The notes below the pieces were generated by a model. It was not told the DNA's origin and searched no databases. It was given only the letters and a program-made list of their open reading frames with translations. The position numbers and the translations under genes were made by a program. Below, piece by piece: positions 49,678 to 58,270 of a stretch of DNA of 64,000 nucleotides. The stretch spans positions 416,001 through 480,000 of the forward strand of contig CBDFLE010000005.1 in assembly GCA_965248925.1 (NCBI GenBank). Direction: 5' to 3'. Position 1 is the stretch's first letter. The number at the start of each line of letters is the position of its first letter. This stretch comes from Candidatus Multivoradales bacterium (GTDB lineage Bacteria; Acidobacteriota; Thermoanaerobaculia; Multivoradales; J023).

Positions 49678-51378
49678 CTAGGGCGCCGCCTGGCGCTGGT
49701 TTCGCCACAGTGCCCACAGCGCCGCCGCCGCCGCCGCGAGTAGGATCAGCGCGGTGAACGGGCTACCAAGAAGGGCCGCGCCGAGGGCGAAGTTGAGGCC
49801 AAACAGACCCAGCAAACTGAGTCCGAAACCGGTCAGGGGCCGGCGCCAACCGGCGCTATTTTGATGGCTGGCTGAAAGCTTCTGCCAACCGCCTCCTAGC
49901 GGGCGCACTCGGTGAGCAAACTTGCGCAACACCTGCTCGTCCACCGCCACCGTCAAGAAGGTCACCGGTAGCCACACTGCGGCCGAGAGGGCCACCGTGG
50001 TGAGCAGCTTCTGCGAGTACAGCCAAGGGGAGTGCTGCCATTGCAGCCAAGTCGCCACTACCCCCGAAGCCAGCATCGCCGAGAGTTCGGACCAAGCATT
50101 GATCCTCGGCCACAGCCAGCGCAGCACCCACACCGGTCCGGCGCCGCTAGCAAAGGTCAGCAGGAACTTCCACGCCGACGCTACCGAGCTCATATTCAGC
50201 GCCAGCACCACGCTGATACTGAGCAAGCCGGTCATCGCCAGTCGCGATACCCAGACGTAGTGACGCTCGGAGGCATCAGCGACCATGAAGCGCCGGTAGA
50301 TGTCGTTCACCATATAAGAGGCGCCGAGATTCAAGTGAGTGTCGATAGTTGACATGAAGGCACCGAGCAGGCCCGCCAGGACCAGCCCGAGGAGCCCCGC
50401 CGGCAACACCTGGGCCATGGTTTGGGCATAGGCGACTTCTGGGTCGTTGAGTTGTCCGAAGAGCAGCAGACTAGCCAGCGCGGTGAGGATCCACGGCCAA
50501 ACCTGCAAGGCGTAGTTGACGAAGGAGTAAAGCAGACTGGCGGCGAAAGCGTGATTCTCGTCCCGCGCCGCAAGCATTCGCTGAATGTGCTTGCCGCCAC
50601 CGTCGGCGTACTTGTGTGCCCACCACTGCACCAGCAGGTAAGTGAGAAAGACCGAGATCGGCCCAAGATTCTCGCCGCTGAAACGCGGAACAAAGCGCAG
50701 CATGTCGCTTTGGCCGGCATCGACCAGTCCCTCTTTCAGCGCGCTCAACCCACCCACTTCGCGCACTGCCAGCACTGCCAGCAGCAGCGATCCCGCCAGG
50801 GCAACGAAATACTGTACAAAATCGGTCACCACCACGCCATAAAAGCCCGCAGCCAGGGAGTAGGCCAACACCAGCCCGGTGGTGCCGGCCAGCAGCCAAG
50901 GCAGGGGCAGGTTGGTCAAGCCGCCGATCACCTTGATCACCGCCAGAAACACCCAGCCCATGATGAAGGCGTTGAACAGCACGCCGAAGTAGATCCCCTT
51001 GACCATCCGCAGCGCCGCCGCCGGTCGGCCACCGTAGCGCAGCTCGATGATCTCGGCGTCGGTCATCACCCCCGAGCGGCGCCACAGACGAGCGAAGAAG
51101 AAAGTCACGAACAGTCCCGAGATGGCGCTAGCCCAGAAGAACCAAACCCCGGAGACGCCGACAGTGGTGACAAATTGGGTGATTGCGATCGGGGTGTCGA
51201 TGGAGAAGTTGGTCGCCGCCATCGAGATGCCGAGTAACCACCAAGGCAGCTGGCGGCCGCCAACGAAGAAGTCCGATGTCGAGCGCCCGGCACGACGGCT
51301 GAGCAGCAGGCCGGCGAGGAACACCAGGACCAGGTACGAAGCCAGTACAGCCCAATCGAGTGGCGAGAGAGTGCGCAT
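49678..51378 (-). CDS. Sodium:solute symporter family protein
   Basis: 'DFFVGGRQLPWW', 'SMAATNFSIDTP', 'AFMSTIDTHLN'; start set at 'MRTLSPLDW'. Confidence 0.92.
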   Translation of the reverse strand: MRTLSPLDWAVLASYLVLVFLAGLLLSRRAGRSTSDFFVGGRQLPWWLLGISMAATNFSIDTPIAITQFVTTVGVSGVWFFWASAISGLFVTFFFARLWRRSGVMTDAEIIELRYGGRPAAALRMVKGIYFGVLFNAFIMGWVFLAVIKVIGGLTNLPLPWLLAGTTGLVLAYSLAAGFYGVVVTDFVQYFVALAGSLLLAVLAVREVGGLSALKEGLVDAGQSDMLRFVPRFSGENLGPISVFLTYLLVQWWAHKYADGGGKHIQRMLAARDENHAFAASLLYSFVNYALQVWPWILTALASLLLFGQLNDPEVAYAQTMAQVLPAGLLGLVLAGLLGAFMSTIDTHLNLGASYMVNDIYRRFMVADASERHYVWVSRLAMTGLLSISVVLALNMSSVASAWKFLLTFASGAGPVWVLRWLWPRINAWSELSAMLASGVVATWLQWQHSPWLYSQKLLTTVALSAAVWLPVTFLTVAVDEQVLRKFAHRVRPLGGGWQKLSASHQNSAGWRRPLTGFGLSLLGLFGLNFALGAALLGSPFTALILLAAAAAALWALWRNQRQAAP

Positions 51379-51525
51379 GGGGTTTTTCTTAGGACCGGTC
51401 GAGGATACCGGAGATTCGCTGCCTCGGGTCGGTAGATGGGGGTGGGAAGAGCCAGCATTGCGCTGTAGGCTGTCAAGGGGGAATCCCATCTGGCCCAATC
51501 GGTACGCCGTGACAGAGGAGGCAGC

Positions 51526-53025
51526 TTGAGTCAACCAACAGAAACCGATCGCCCCGCAGAGTTCATCGAACGTCTCGACAGCACCGCCATCGATCTTGAG
51601 CTGCATCAGGCGATGGCGGCCGACAAGCGGCGGCGCTACTTCGATGTCATTATCGAAATCAACCTGGTGCACCCTGGCGGGCGCGAGTGGGTGCGTGATG
51701 AGCTGATCAAGTGGCTGCAAGAGGCCACCGCGAGGAACGCTCGCTGTGGGGTACATTTGCTGAAGAGTGAGTACAGCTCGCGCTTCATCTTCGCTAGTTT
51801 GGCTCGCCGGCAGGTTCGTGCTCTGATCGAGCATGATCGCCGGCCTGACCACAAATGGCTGGTCTACAAGGTCTGGTGGGATGTCGAAATCGAGTCGTTG
51901 CTCACCGAGTCGGTGCGCACGGTCAAGGCCGACGCGGCACGGGCGGCATTTGCCGCCGCTGGCAGCAATGTGGTGTGGGCGGTGGTGGATTCCGGCATCC
52001 AAGGCGACCATCAGCATTTTCAACAGCACCGAAATCTGGACCTTAGAGAGCCCCTACAGCATGCCGACTTCACCACTGCGGCGCTCAGCGCTGAATCACC
52101 CCATGTGCCTTTCGAGCAGCTCCAAGACCCGGCCGGCCACGGCACCCATGTGGCCGGCATCATCGCCGGTGGCAACAAAGGCAAAGACGAGGCTGGCGAT
52201 CGTCGCCCGGTCTACGCCTCGATTCGCACTCGCGACGTCAACAACAAGACCGCTCATGAACGCAAACCTCTAAAGTCGATCTGGGGAGTCGCGCCGCGCT
52301 GCAAATTGGTCAGCTTGCGGGTCCTTGACGAGCGTGGCAAGGGAAAAGTCAGCAACATCATTGCCGCGCTGGGTTACATCCAGAAAATCAACAATCACGG
52401 CCGCTGGTTGCACATCCATGGAGTCAACCTGAGTGTTGGTTACGAATTTGAAGCCGAGGCCTTTGCCTGCGGCCACAGCCCGCTGTGCGTGGCGGTCGAT
52501 CGGCTGGTGCGCAGCGGCGTGGTGGTGGTGACCGCCGCCGGCAACTCGGGCTATGGCCCGGTGCTGGTCGGCAAGCGGGGTGGCAAATCCTTCCGCACCT
52601 CCCAAGACTTGACGATCAACGATCCGGGCAACGCTGAAATGGCGATTACGGTAGGAGCCACCCACCGTGAAAAGCCGCATATGTATGGCGTGTCTTATTT
52701 TTCATCGCGGGGCCCAACCGCTGACGGTCGCTGGAAGCCCGACCTAGTGGCGCCGGGGGAGAAGATCATCTCCTGCGCCGCCGACTCCAAGACCGAATCG
52801 ATCGATGGCTTGGCTTGCACCTACCGCGAAGATAGCGGTACTAGCATGGCGGCGCCGCACGTCTCCGGCGCGGTGGCGGCGTTCTTGTCGATTCGCAAGG
52901 AGTTCATGGGGGAGCCAGAGCGGGTCAAAGAAATCTTCCTCGCCACCGCCACGGACTTGGGACGTGAACGTTACTTTCAAGGCCATGGTCTGCTCGACCT
53001 GATGCGAGCCATTCAATCCGTTTGA
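51526..53025 (+). CDS. S8 (subtilisin-like) serine peptidase, no signal peptide
   Basis: 'VVDSG' (D), 'GHGTHVAG' (H), 'AAGNSG', 'GTSMAAP' (S); GAGGAGG RBS before TTG. Confidence 0.93.
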   Translation: MSQPTETDRPAEFIERLDSTAIDLELHQAMAADKRRRYFDVIIEINLVHPGGREWVRDELIKWLQEATARNARCGVHLLKSEYSSRFIFASLARRQVRALIEHDRRPDHKWLVYKVWWDVEIESLLTESVRTVKADAARAAFAAAGSNVVWAVVDSGIQGDHQHFQQHRNLDLREPLQHADFTTAALSAESPHVPFEQLQDPAGHGTHVAGIIAGGNKGKDEAGDRRPVYASIRTRDVNNKTAHERKPLKSIWGVAPRCKLVSLRVLDERGKGKVSNIIAALGYIQKINNHGRWLHIHGVNLSVGYEFEAEAFACGHSPLCVAVDRLVRSGVVVVTAAGNSGYGPVLVGKRGGKSFRTSQDLTINDPGNAEMAITVGATHREKPHMYGVSYFSSRGPTADGRWKPDLVAPGEKIISCAADSKTESIDGLACTYREDSGTSMAAPHVSGAVAAFLSIRKEFMGEPERVKEIFLATATDLGRERYFQGHGLLDLMRAIQSV

Positions 53026-53037
53026 AGGAGGTTAGCG

Positions 53038-54330
53038 ATGCACGAGATCGAAGGATTCCCCTACCGTGAAGTGCAGCTGCGAAAAGACGGTAGGATCCAC
53101 GACGATGCCGAAGTCGACAACGTGATCGAGAGCATCTTCGGCGGCGGCACGACCGATTTACTGGTCTTTGCCCACGGCTGGAAGAACGATCTGAACGATG
53201 CTCGCGGCATCTATCGCCAGCTCGCTCGCCGGCTGCGCGAGCAGATCGATGGGGGCTTCGATATTGGCAATCGTAAGTTGGCGATTCTGGGCTGGTTGTG
53301 GCCAGCAAAGAAATTCACCGACCCGGAGCTGATCGTCGGTGGTGGCGCCTCGGCGGACGATGACGACATGAAGGAACTCTTCGCCGATCTCGAAGACTTC
53401 TTCGACGCCGCCGATGCCGATGCCAAGCTGGCTCAGCTACACCAGCTGCTCAATCAAGAAGATCCCGATTTCGCCGTGGTTGCCGATTTGATAGGTCATT
53501 TGGTGGAGCCCGACGACATCGGCGACGATTTGGCGCTAGAGCTGTCGCCAGAGTTCTTCAGCGACTCGGCCGAGGAGGTGCTCGACACCCTTTCCAAGCC
53601 CACGCTCGGTGATGTGCTGGGCAATGCGCCAGGGGATGATGAGGTTGGGGGCGGTCAAGCCGGTCTGTTCGGCGACCTGCTCGGCGGCATCCGCTCCGGC
53701 GCCCGCAAGTTCCTCAACGCAACGACGTATTACCAAATGAAAAAGCGGGCTGGCGTGGTCGGTTCTCGGGGTGGCCTTGACATCCTGAAGCGTATTCGCC
53801 AGATCCATCCCCAGCTGCGTTTACACCTGGTCGGCCACAGTTTCGGTGGCAGAGTAGTGGCGGCCGCCGCCACTGGCCCCAACGGCGTCTCAGATCTCGA
53901 GATTGACAGCCTTAGTCTGTTGCAAGCAGCTTTTTCCCACCACGGCTTGGGCCGCACCAAGGACGGCAAAGAAGGATTCTTCCGCCCGGTGGTGGCGCAG
54001 CAGCGAGTGCGTGGTCCGATTCTCATCACCCACACCAAGAACGACCAGGCGGTCCAGTTGCCTTACGCCATCGCCTCCCGCCTGACCGGTCAAGACGCCG
54101 CCGCCGTCGGCGATGCTGAGGACTCCTATGGCGCCATCGGCAGCAACGGTGCCCAAGGCACGCCGGAAGTCGATGTCGACAACAAGCTGCTGCTAGATCC
54201 TGGTGGGATCTACGCTTTCGCCGCTCACAAACCCCACAACCTGCTTGCCGACGCGCACATCCCGAGCCACAACGAGGTCGCTCAGCCAGCGGTGGCCAAC
54301 GTTATCTTGCAGGCGGTGTTACAGAGTTGA
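53038..54330 (+). CDS. Alpha/beta-hydrolase-fold protein with acidic insertion
   Basis: 'VFAHGW', nucleophile elbow 'VGHSFGG', 'LLQAAFS', C-terminal 'SHN'; AGGAGG RBS, starts 13 nt after the S8 stop. Confidence 0.8.
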   Translation: MHEIEGFPYREVQLRKDGRIHDDAEVDNVIESIFGGGTTDLLVFAHGWKNDLNDARGIYRQLARRLREQIDGGFDIGNRKLAILGWLWPAKKFTDPELIVGGGASADDDDMKELFADLEDFFDAADADAKLAQLHQLLNQEDPDFAVVADLIGHLVEPDDIGDDLALELSPEFFSDSAEEVLDTLSKPTLGDVLGNAPGDDEVGGGQAGLFGDLLGGIRSGARKFLNATTYYQMKKRAGVVGSRGGLDILKRIRQIHPQLRLHLVGHSFGGRVVAAAATGPNGVSDLEIDSLSLLQAAFSHHGLGRTKDGKEGFFRPVVAQQRVRGPILITHTKNDQAVQLPYAIASRLTGQDAAAVGDAEDSYGAIGSNGAQGTPEVDVDNKLLLDPGGIYAFAAHKPHNLLADAHIPSHNEVAQPAVANVILQAVLQS

Positions 54331-54352
54331 GAGGCGTGGTGGCCGGTATCTG

Positions 54353-54386
54353 TCCCTGGGAGCTTTGTCCGACCCAGGGAATTTCT
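54353..54386 (+). terminator. Possible terminator hairpin
   Basis: 8-bp stem TCCCTGGG / CCCAGGGA followed by ATTTCT, ~23 nt after the hydrolase stop; U-tract is weak. Confidence 0.35.
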
Positions 54387-54416
54387 CCTAGGACCGGAAC
54401 GACTCCCAAGGATTGT

Positions 54417-54451
54417 CCTCTACCTCTACCTCTACCTCTACCTCTACCTCT
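54417..54451. repeat. Hexanucleotide microsatellite (CCTCTA)x5.8
   Basis: cctctacctctacctctacctctacctctacctct read directly. Confidence 0.95.
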
Positions 54452-54782
54452 GGGCCTGGTTTTGGCACTTACTCGCTTGATTCGGTTGACTTGCTGCTGA
54501 AGATCGGCGGTGCCGGCTCCGTGGAGGTATCCCCACGATCCTTGGCATCAAAGTTGCTACAGTTGCAGGTCGATCTCGCATCTCGATTTCGAATCCGGCC
54601 AGGCCGTTTCGAAGCCGTCTCAAGGCGGCCCTCGGTAAGAAGCCCGGCTGTGTTGCTTAAACCTAGATTGAGCGGTTTAAACCACAATAATCCCCCACCT
54701 GCTGTGCTAAACTGCTGACATTGAAACCGTTAGCAGTAATTGGCGAAGTGACTCGCCACAACCCAACAGGTGGAAGATCAAG

Positions 54783-54989
54783 ATGAAGTTTATCACGGCC
54801 CCGAAGAGCCTGCACGCCATCACCAAGATTGAGGTAACCCCCGATTCTCTGACTGGCCGAGCAGGGCTAAACCTTTTCGTGCGATACCTGGACAGCATTT
54901 GTATCCAACCGCTTCTGCAGCATCTATTCGGCCGACTGCGCAAGAGCAGCAAGGGCCTGCCGATCGTCGACATCTTCAAACAGGTTTTC
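54783..54989 (+). pseudogene. IS1380-family transposase, N-terminal fragment
   Basis: 'ITKIEVTPDSLTGRAGLNLFVRYL...FGRLRKSSKG' resembles IS1380 N-termini; truncated at the ISL3 end. Confidence 0.65.
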
Positions 54990-54995
54990 CTCTTC

Positions 54996-56228
54996 TCAAC
55001 TTGCAGTGGGTACCGGAGGCTGTAGTTTGATGCCGCCACAGTTGAGGAAGATCATGGCAGAGAGTGCTTGATGGGAGTGGAAACCAAAAGCACGTCGGGC
55101 GATCATTCTGATCTTCCCGTTGATGCCTTCGACGAGTCCATTGGTGAGGCGTGTTCTGATGTAGGCGAGAATGCCGACCCGGTGTTTGCGGATCGTTCGA
55201 GCGGCCTTGACAAAGGGCTTGAGCTTAGATCTCGACGCCCAAGCCAGCCATTCTCCAAGTTCCATCTCTGCTCGCCAGGGTTGGCGATAGTCGAGGGCTT
55301 GAGCCAACGTCTCCTTGAGGAGGTAAGCCCGGTATAGCCGCCGGTTCTTAGCTTGGATCTCCGCGAGCTTACTGCGCTGGTTGCAACTCAAGTTCCAAGG
55401 ATTCTTGAGCAGGACGTAGCGCGTGCTCTTGACGGCTCGGGCCCTCTCGGGATCGATCGCCAGCTCGCGGACGATGCTGCGCCGCACTTCGTCAACCGGG
55501 TCGGAGGCCAAACGCTGTACATGGAAGCGATCGAAGACGACTTCCGCTTTCGCCAGCCCTTCACGGGCGGCCTTGATGAAGGCTGCGGAAAGGTCGATGG
55601 TGACCGTCTCGATCTTCTGGCACTGCTCCTCGCCGAGGAGTTCGAAGAAGGGCGCCAGAGTCTCGGAACTCTTGCCTTCGCCCGTCCAAACGACGCGACG
55701 GCGGTCATGGTCGACGACAATCGTCAAGTACCGATGCCGCTTACGATAGCTGAACTCATCGATGCCAATCCGGCGCAGACCCAGAAGGCGCTCAGGATCG
55801 AGGCGACGCGCCACGACCCGCTCGACGATCGAACCGACTGTTTGCCAAGAGATGGCGAGGAGTCGTTGGACTTGAGTCTTGTCGGTGACCTGCGCCAGAT
55901 AAGCGGCCATCTCCTCAAAGTCGTAGGTGAAGCGGCTACCCCGGTCGGCCCAGGGCACCCGCTCGACGCGTACACCGCAATTGCGGCAGTTCACCCGCCA
56001 AGGCTCATAGATCAGCTCCACAGACGCCCGTCCCCACGGGACATGCCGCCACCGGCGTAGAGGTCGGCGGTCATACCGCGAAGCCTTCCGGCCGCAGTGC
56101 CCGCACCGGGAAATACGCCAGGTTGGCCGGACCTGGATCGCGAGTCCCCCCTCGACGGTGAACGCGACCTCTTCGACGTACATCTTCGTGACAGCAAGAA
56201 GGCGACGGAATACAGTAGTGATGCGCAT
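54996..56228 (-). CDS. ISL3-family transposase
   Basis: Zn-finger 'CGHCG...CRNCG', 'GIDEF', 'DRFHV', 'TNGLVEGINGKI..IARRAFGF'. Confidence 0.95.
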   Translation of the reverse strand: MRITTVFRRLLAVTKMYVEEVAFTVEGGLAIQVRPTWRISRCGHCGRKASRYDRRPLRRWRHVPWGRASVELIYEPWRVNCRNCGVRVERVPWADRGSRFTYDFEEMAAYLAQVTDKTQVQRLLAISWQTVGSIVERVVARRLDPERLLGLRRIGIDEFSYRKRHRYLTIVVDHDRRRVVWTGEGKSSETLAPFFELLGEEQCQKIETVTIDLSAAFIKAAREGLAKAEVVFDRFHVQRLASDPVDEVRRSIVRELAIDPERARAVKSTRYVLLKNPWNLSCNQRSKLAEIQAKNRRLYRAYLLKETLAQALDYRQPWRAEMELGEWLAWASRSKLKPFVKAARTIRKHRVGILAYIRTRLTNGLVEGINGKIRMIARRAFGFHSHQALSAMIFLNCGGIKLQPPVPTAS

Positions 56229-56312
56229 GGGGTGACCCCTCCTCCTCGGTTTTGTAGTACTTCCAAGGAGAACAGGAAACCCTGTGCGTTTTCAACTACT
56301 TACAGCCTCGTC

Positions 56313-56380
56313 ATTTCGCCATGCTTGCTGCCGGTCGTCCTCGCCCGTCTATGGGCGGCCGGCAGCAAGTGTGGCGAAAT
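56313..56380 (+). other. 28-bp inverted repeat (hairpin) in the ISL3 leader
   Basis: ATTTCGCCATGCTTGCTGCCGGTCGTCC pairs with GGGCGGCCGGCAGCAAGTGTGGCGAAAT, 12-nt loop; the four non-Watson-Crick positions are all G-U on the + strand. Confidence 0.85.
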
Positions 56381-56530
56381 CCACCCACTCCTATTTGAGG
56401 AGAGCCACTTTTCTGATGCCCTTGCTAGTGCTGATCGGAGCAACAGACGACGGCAGGAAGGAGCTGATTGCTGTCGAGGATGGATACCGCGAGAGCGAGG
56501 CCTCATGGATGGAGATGCTCCGTGGCCTAG

Positions 56531-58027
56531 CAGCCCGTGGCAGAAGTCCGTTTCTACAAAATGTGGCCTAAATTGAGGCCAGCCGGCGCAGGTGGTCTGA
56601 TCGAAGATCTTAGTGGCCAATATCCGCTCTCGTGCGGCAGAAGCCAGCTCAGCAAGCTACATACGGCGCGAAAGCCCTGTTCGAGAGCCGAAAGAAAGCC
56701 CTGAAGGGCCCGTGGAGTGCCGGCTCCATACATTTGACGAAGCAGCAGCCCAAGATTGAATCCCGCGATGTGAATCAGCAACCTTTTGCGGATGTTGTCG
56801 TGACCTCGAAGGTGGGTCCTTCTCATACCGCCAGTCTCGTAGCAATGGGCAAAGGTGCGTTCTACTTTCTCTCCTCGACGCCGCGACAGCTCGCGGCCTC
56901 GACGACCCTTGATCCGTCGACGGTTGGCATACACCGCTTGCTTCTCCGCCTCTTTGCCGCACCAGTTGCGTCGGCCTCGATCCGGTTCCGAAATATAGGT
57001 TCGAATCTTCCCTTGACGCTGTGCCTTCATGACCGCGTTACTGTGATAGCCCTTGTCAGCCACCAGCTCTGAACGGACTTTCTCGCTCAAGTGATCGCCA
57101 GCCTCCGAATCCTCAACGACATCTTCCAGCACCGCAGCGACTTCATCCAACGTCCGCTCTAGGCTCGACGTGTCCCCTCGGTCTGCAGGTTGCACCGTCA
57201 CCGCCACAACCGCACCCGTCTCCATATCCACCGCATGCTCGGCTTTGTGCGCCAGATGCGTCCGCCCATCCTTCATTCGCGTGACTTTGGCGTCGGGATC
57301 GTGGGGGTTCTTCCAGTCGCCGTTCGACGTCTTTTTGTTCTTCCTTTGGCGGTCAAAACGCGCCAGATCCGCTCGCGTCGGGGTCTCCACACCCGAAGCC
57401 TCGGCCAGGCGCGTGAGAAACTCTTCGTAGCTCTCGCCCGAGTCTCGACGCACGATGCTGCGCATCGCCGCGTTCGCCTCGAGGGTCGTCGCATCGATGC
57501 CCAGCGTCTTTCCCCGGAGCAAGCCAGCCTTCGCCAGTACTTGCAAAGCCCAAGCAAACACCGCCTCATGGGTCTCGAGATCGATCAGGCGACGGGTCCG
57601 AGAGAGCGTCGAATGGTCCGGGGTCTGGTCCGAGAGTTCGAAGCCCAGAAAGTCGCGCAGAGTCATCGAATCCGCAAGCCGCCATGCGATACCTCGCTCA
57701 GAGTCGATACCCTCGAAGAAGCCGATCAACAGCAACCGAAAATACACCGCGGGCGCCAGCGAAGGCCGTCCCATCCTCGTAGCGTAAAACCTCGCGCACT
57801 GCTCCTCGATAAAGCGATCGAAACCGTGCTTGTCGAGAATCTTGGACAGACGCTCGTAGAAAGGATGTCCTGGGGACTTGGCCAGCGCCTGGGTTTCCAC
57901 CTAGAGCTGCCGCTGTCTTCGTTTGCTTCGCCTGCCCATCGCCATGGTCGCTACCTCCCTCGGGTGGAAAGATTCTACCGGGGAAGATCGCCAAGACGGC
58001 CGTAATCGGGACTTTCACCACGGGCTG
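56531..58027 (-). mobile_element. IS1182/IS5-like insertion sequence, 1497 bp
   Basis: Imperfect 19-bp TIRs CAGCCCGTGGCAGAAGTCC / GGACTTTCACCACGGGCTG; CTAG duplicated at 56527-56530 and 58028-58031. Confidence 0.9.
56554..57945 (-). pseudogene. IS1182/IS5-like transposase with in-frame TAG at codon 15
   Basis: GGAGG + ATG 57945 'MAMGRRSKRRQRQL*VETQALAKSPGHPFY'; 'GRPS', 'PDHSTLSR', 'IDATTLEANA', 'ADKGY'; restart at GTG 57900 is possible. Confidence 0.8.
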
Positions 58028-58270
58028 CTAGAGGCCCGCGGTCTCACCACCGAACCCGCATTGGCCATCGGCGACGGAGCACTCGATTTCTGGAAGGCGC
58101 TGGCTCAGGTCTGGGGCAATACAAGAAAGCGGCGTTGCTGGGTGCACAAGACTGGAAACGTCCTATCAAGCTATTGGTTATGAGGCTATCCATGGGGCGT
58201 TCTCACTCTTCGGGTCGGTCATTCAGGATCCGGTCTATCCTTCTCGTTGGTCGCGGCAAGATACCAAAAC

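Larger units (their letters stand above)
54988..56406 (-). mobile_element. ISL3-family insertion sequence
   Basis: Left end GGCTCTCCTCAAATAGGAGTGGGT (reading in from 56406); other end tcCTCTTCTCAACTTGCAGTGGGT (54988-55011) lacks the terminal GG; no TSD seen. Confidence 0.85.
56407..58165 (+). pseudogene. IS256-family transposase internal fragment, split by the IS1182-like element (pieces ~56407-56530 and 58028-58165)
   Basis: 'LLVLIGATDDGRKELIAVEDGYRESEASWMEMLRGL' rejoins in frame with 'EARGLTTEPALAIGDGALDFWKAL...RCWVHKTGNVL'. Confidence 0.88.

Noticed and set aside
51379-52029. 217-aa N-terminal extension of the SSS symporter in the ORF track
   Set aside because: It is antisense to the S8 gene; family similarity begins at 'MRTLSPLDW' (51378)
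54413-54718. ORF starting 'MSSTSTSTSTS' and the opposite-strand ORF 54469..54687
   Set aside because: The first begins in the microsatellite; neither has a clear RBS or recognisable motifs
22285-57903. Amber recoding (pyrrolysine or an alternative code) suggested by two in-frame TAGs
   Set aside because: Many intact genes here end in TAG (e.g. 15383, 19636, 26290, 31524); no pyl genes or suppressor tRNA in the window; simple nonsense mutations suffice
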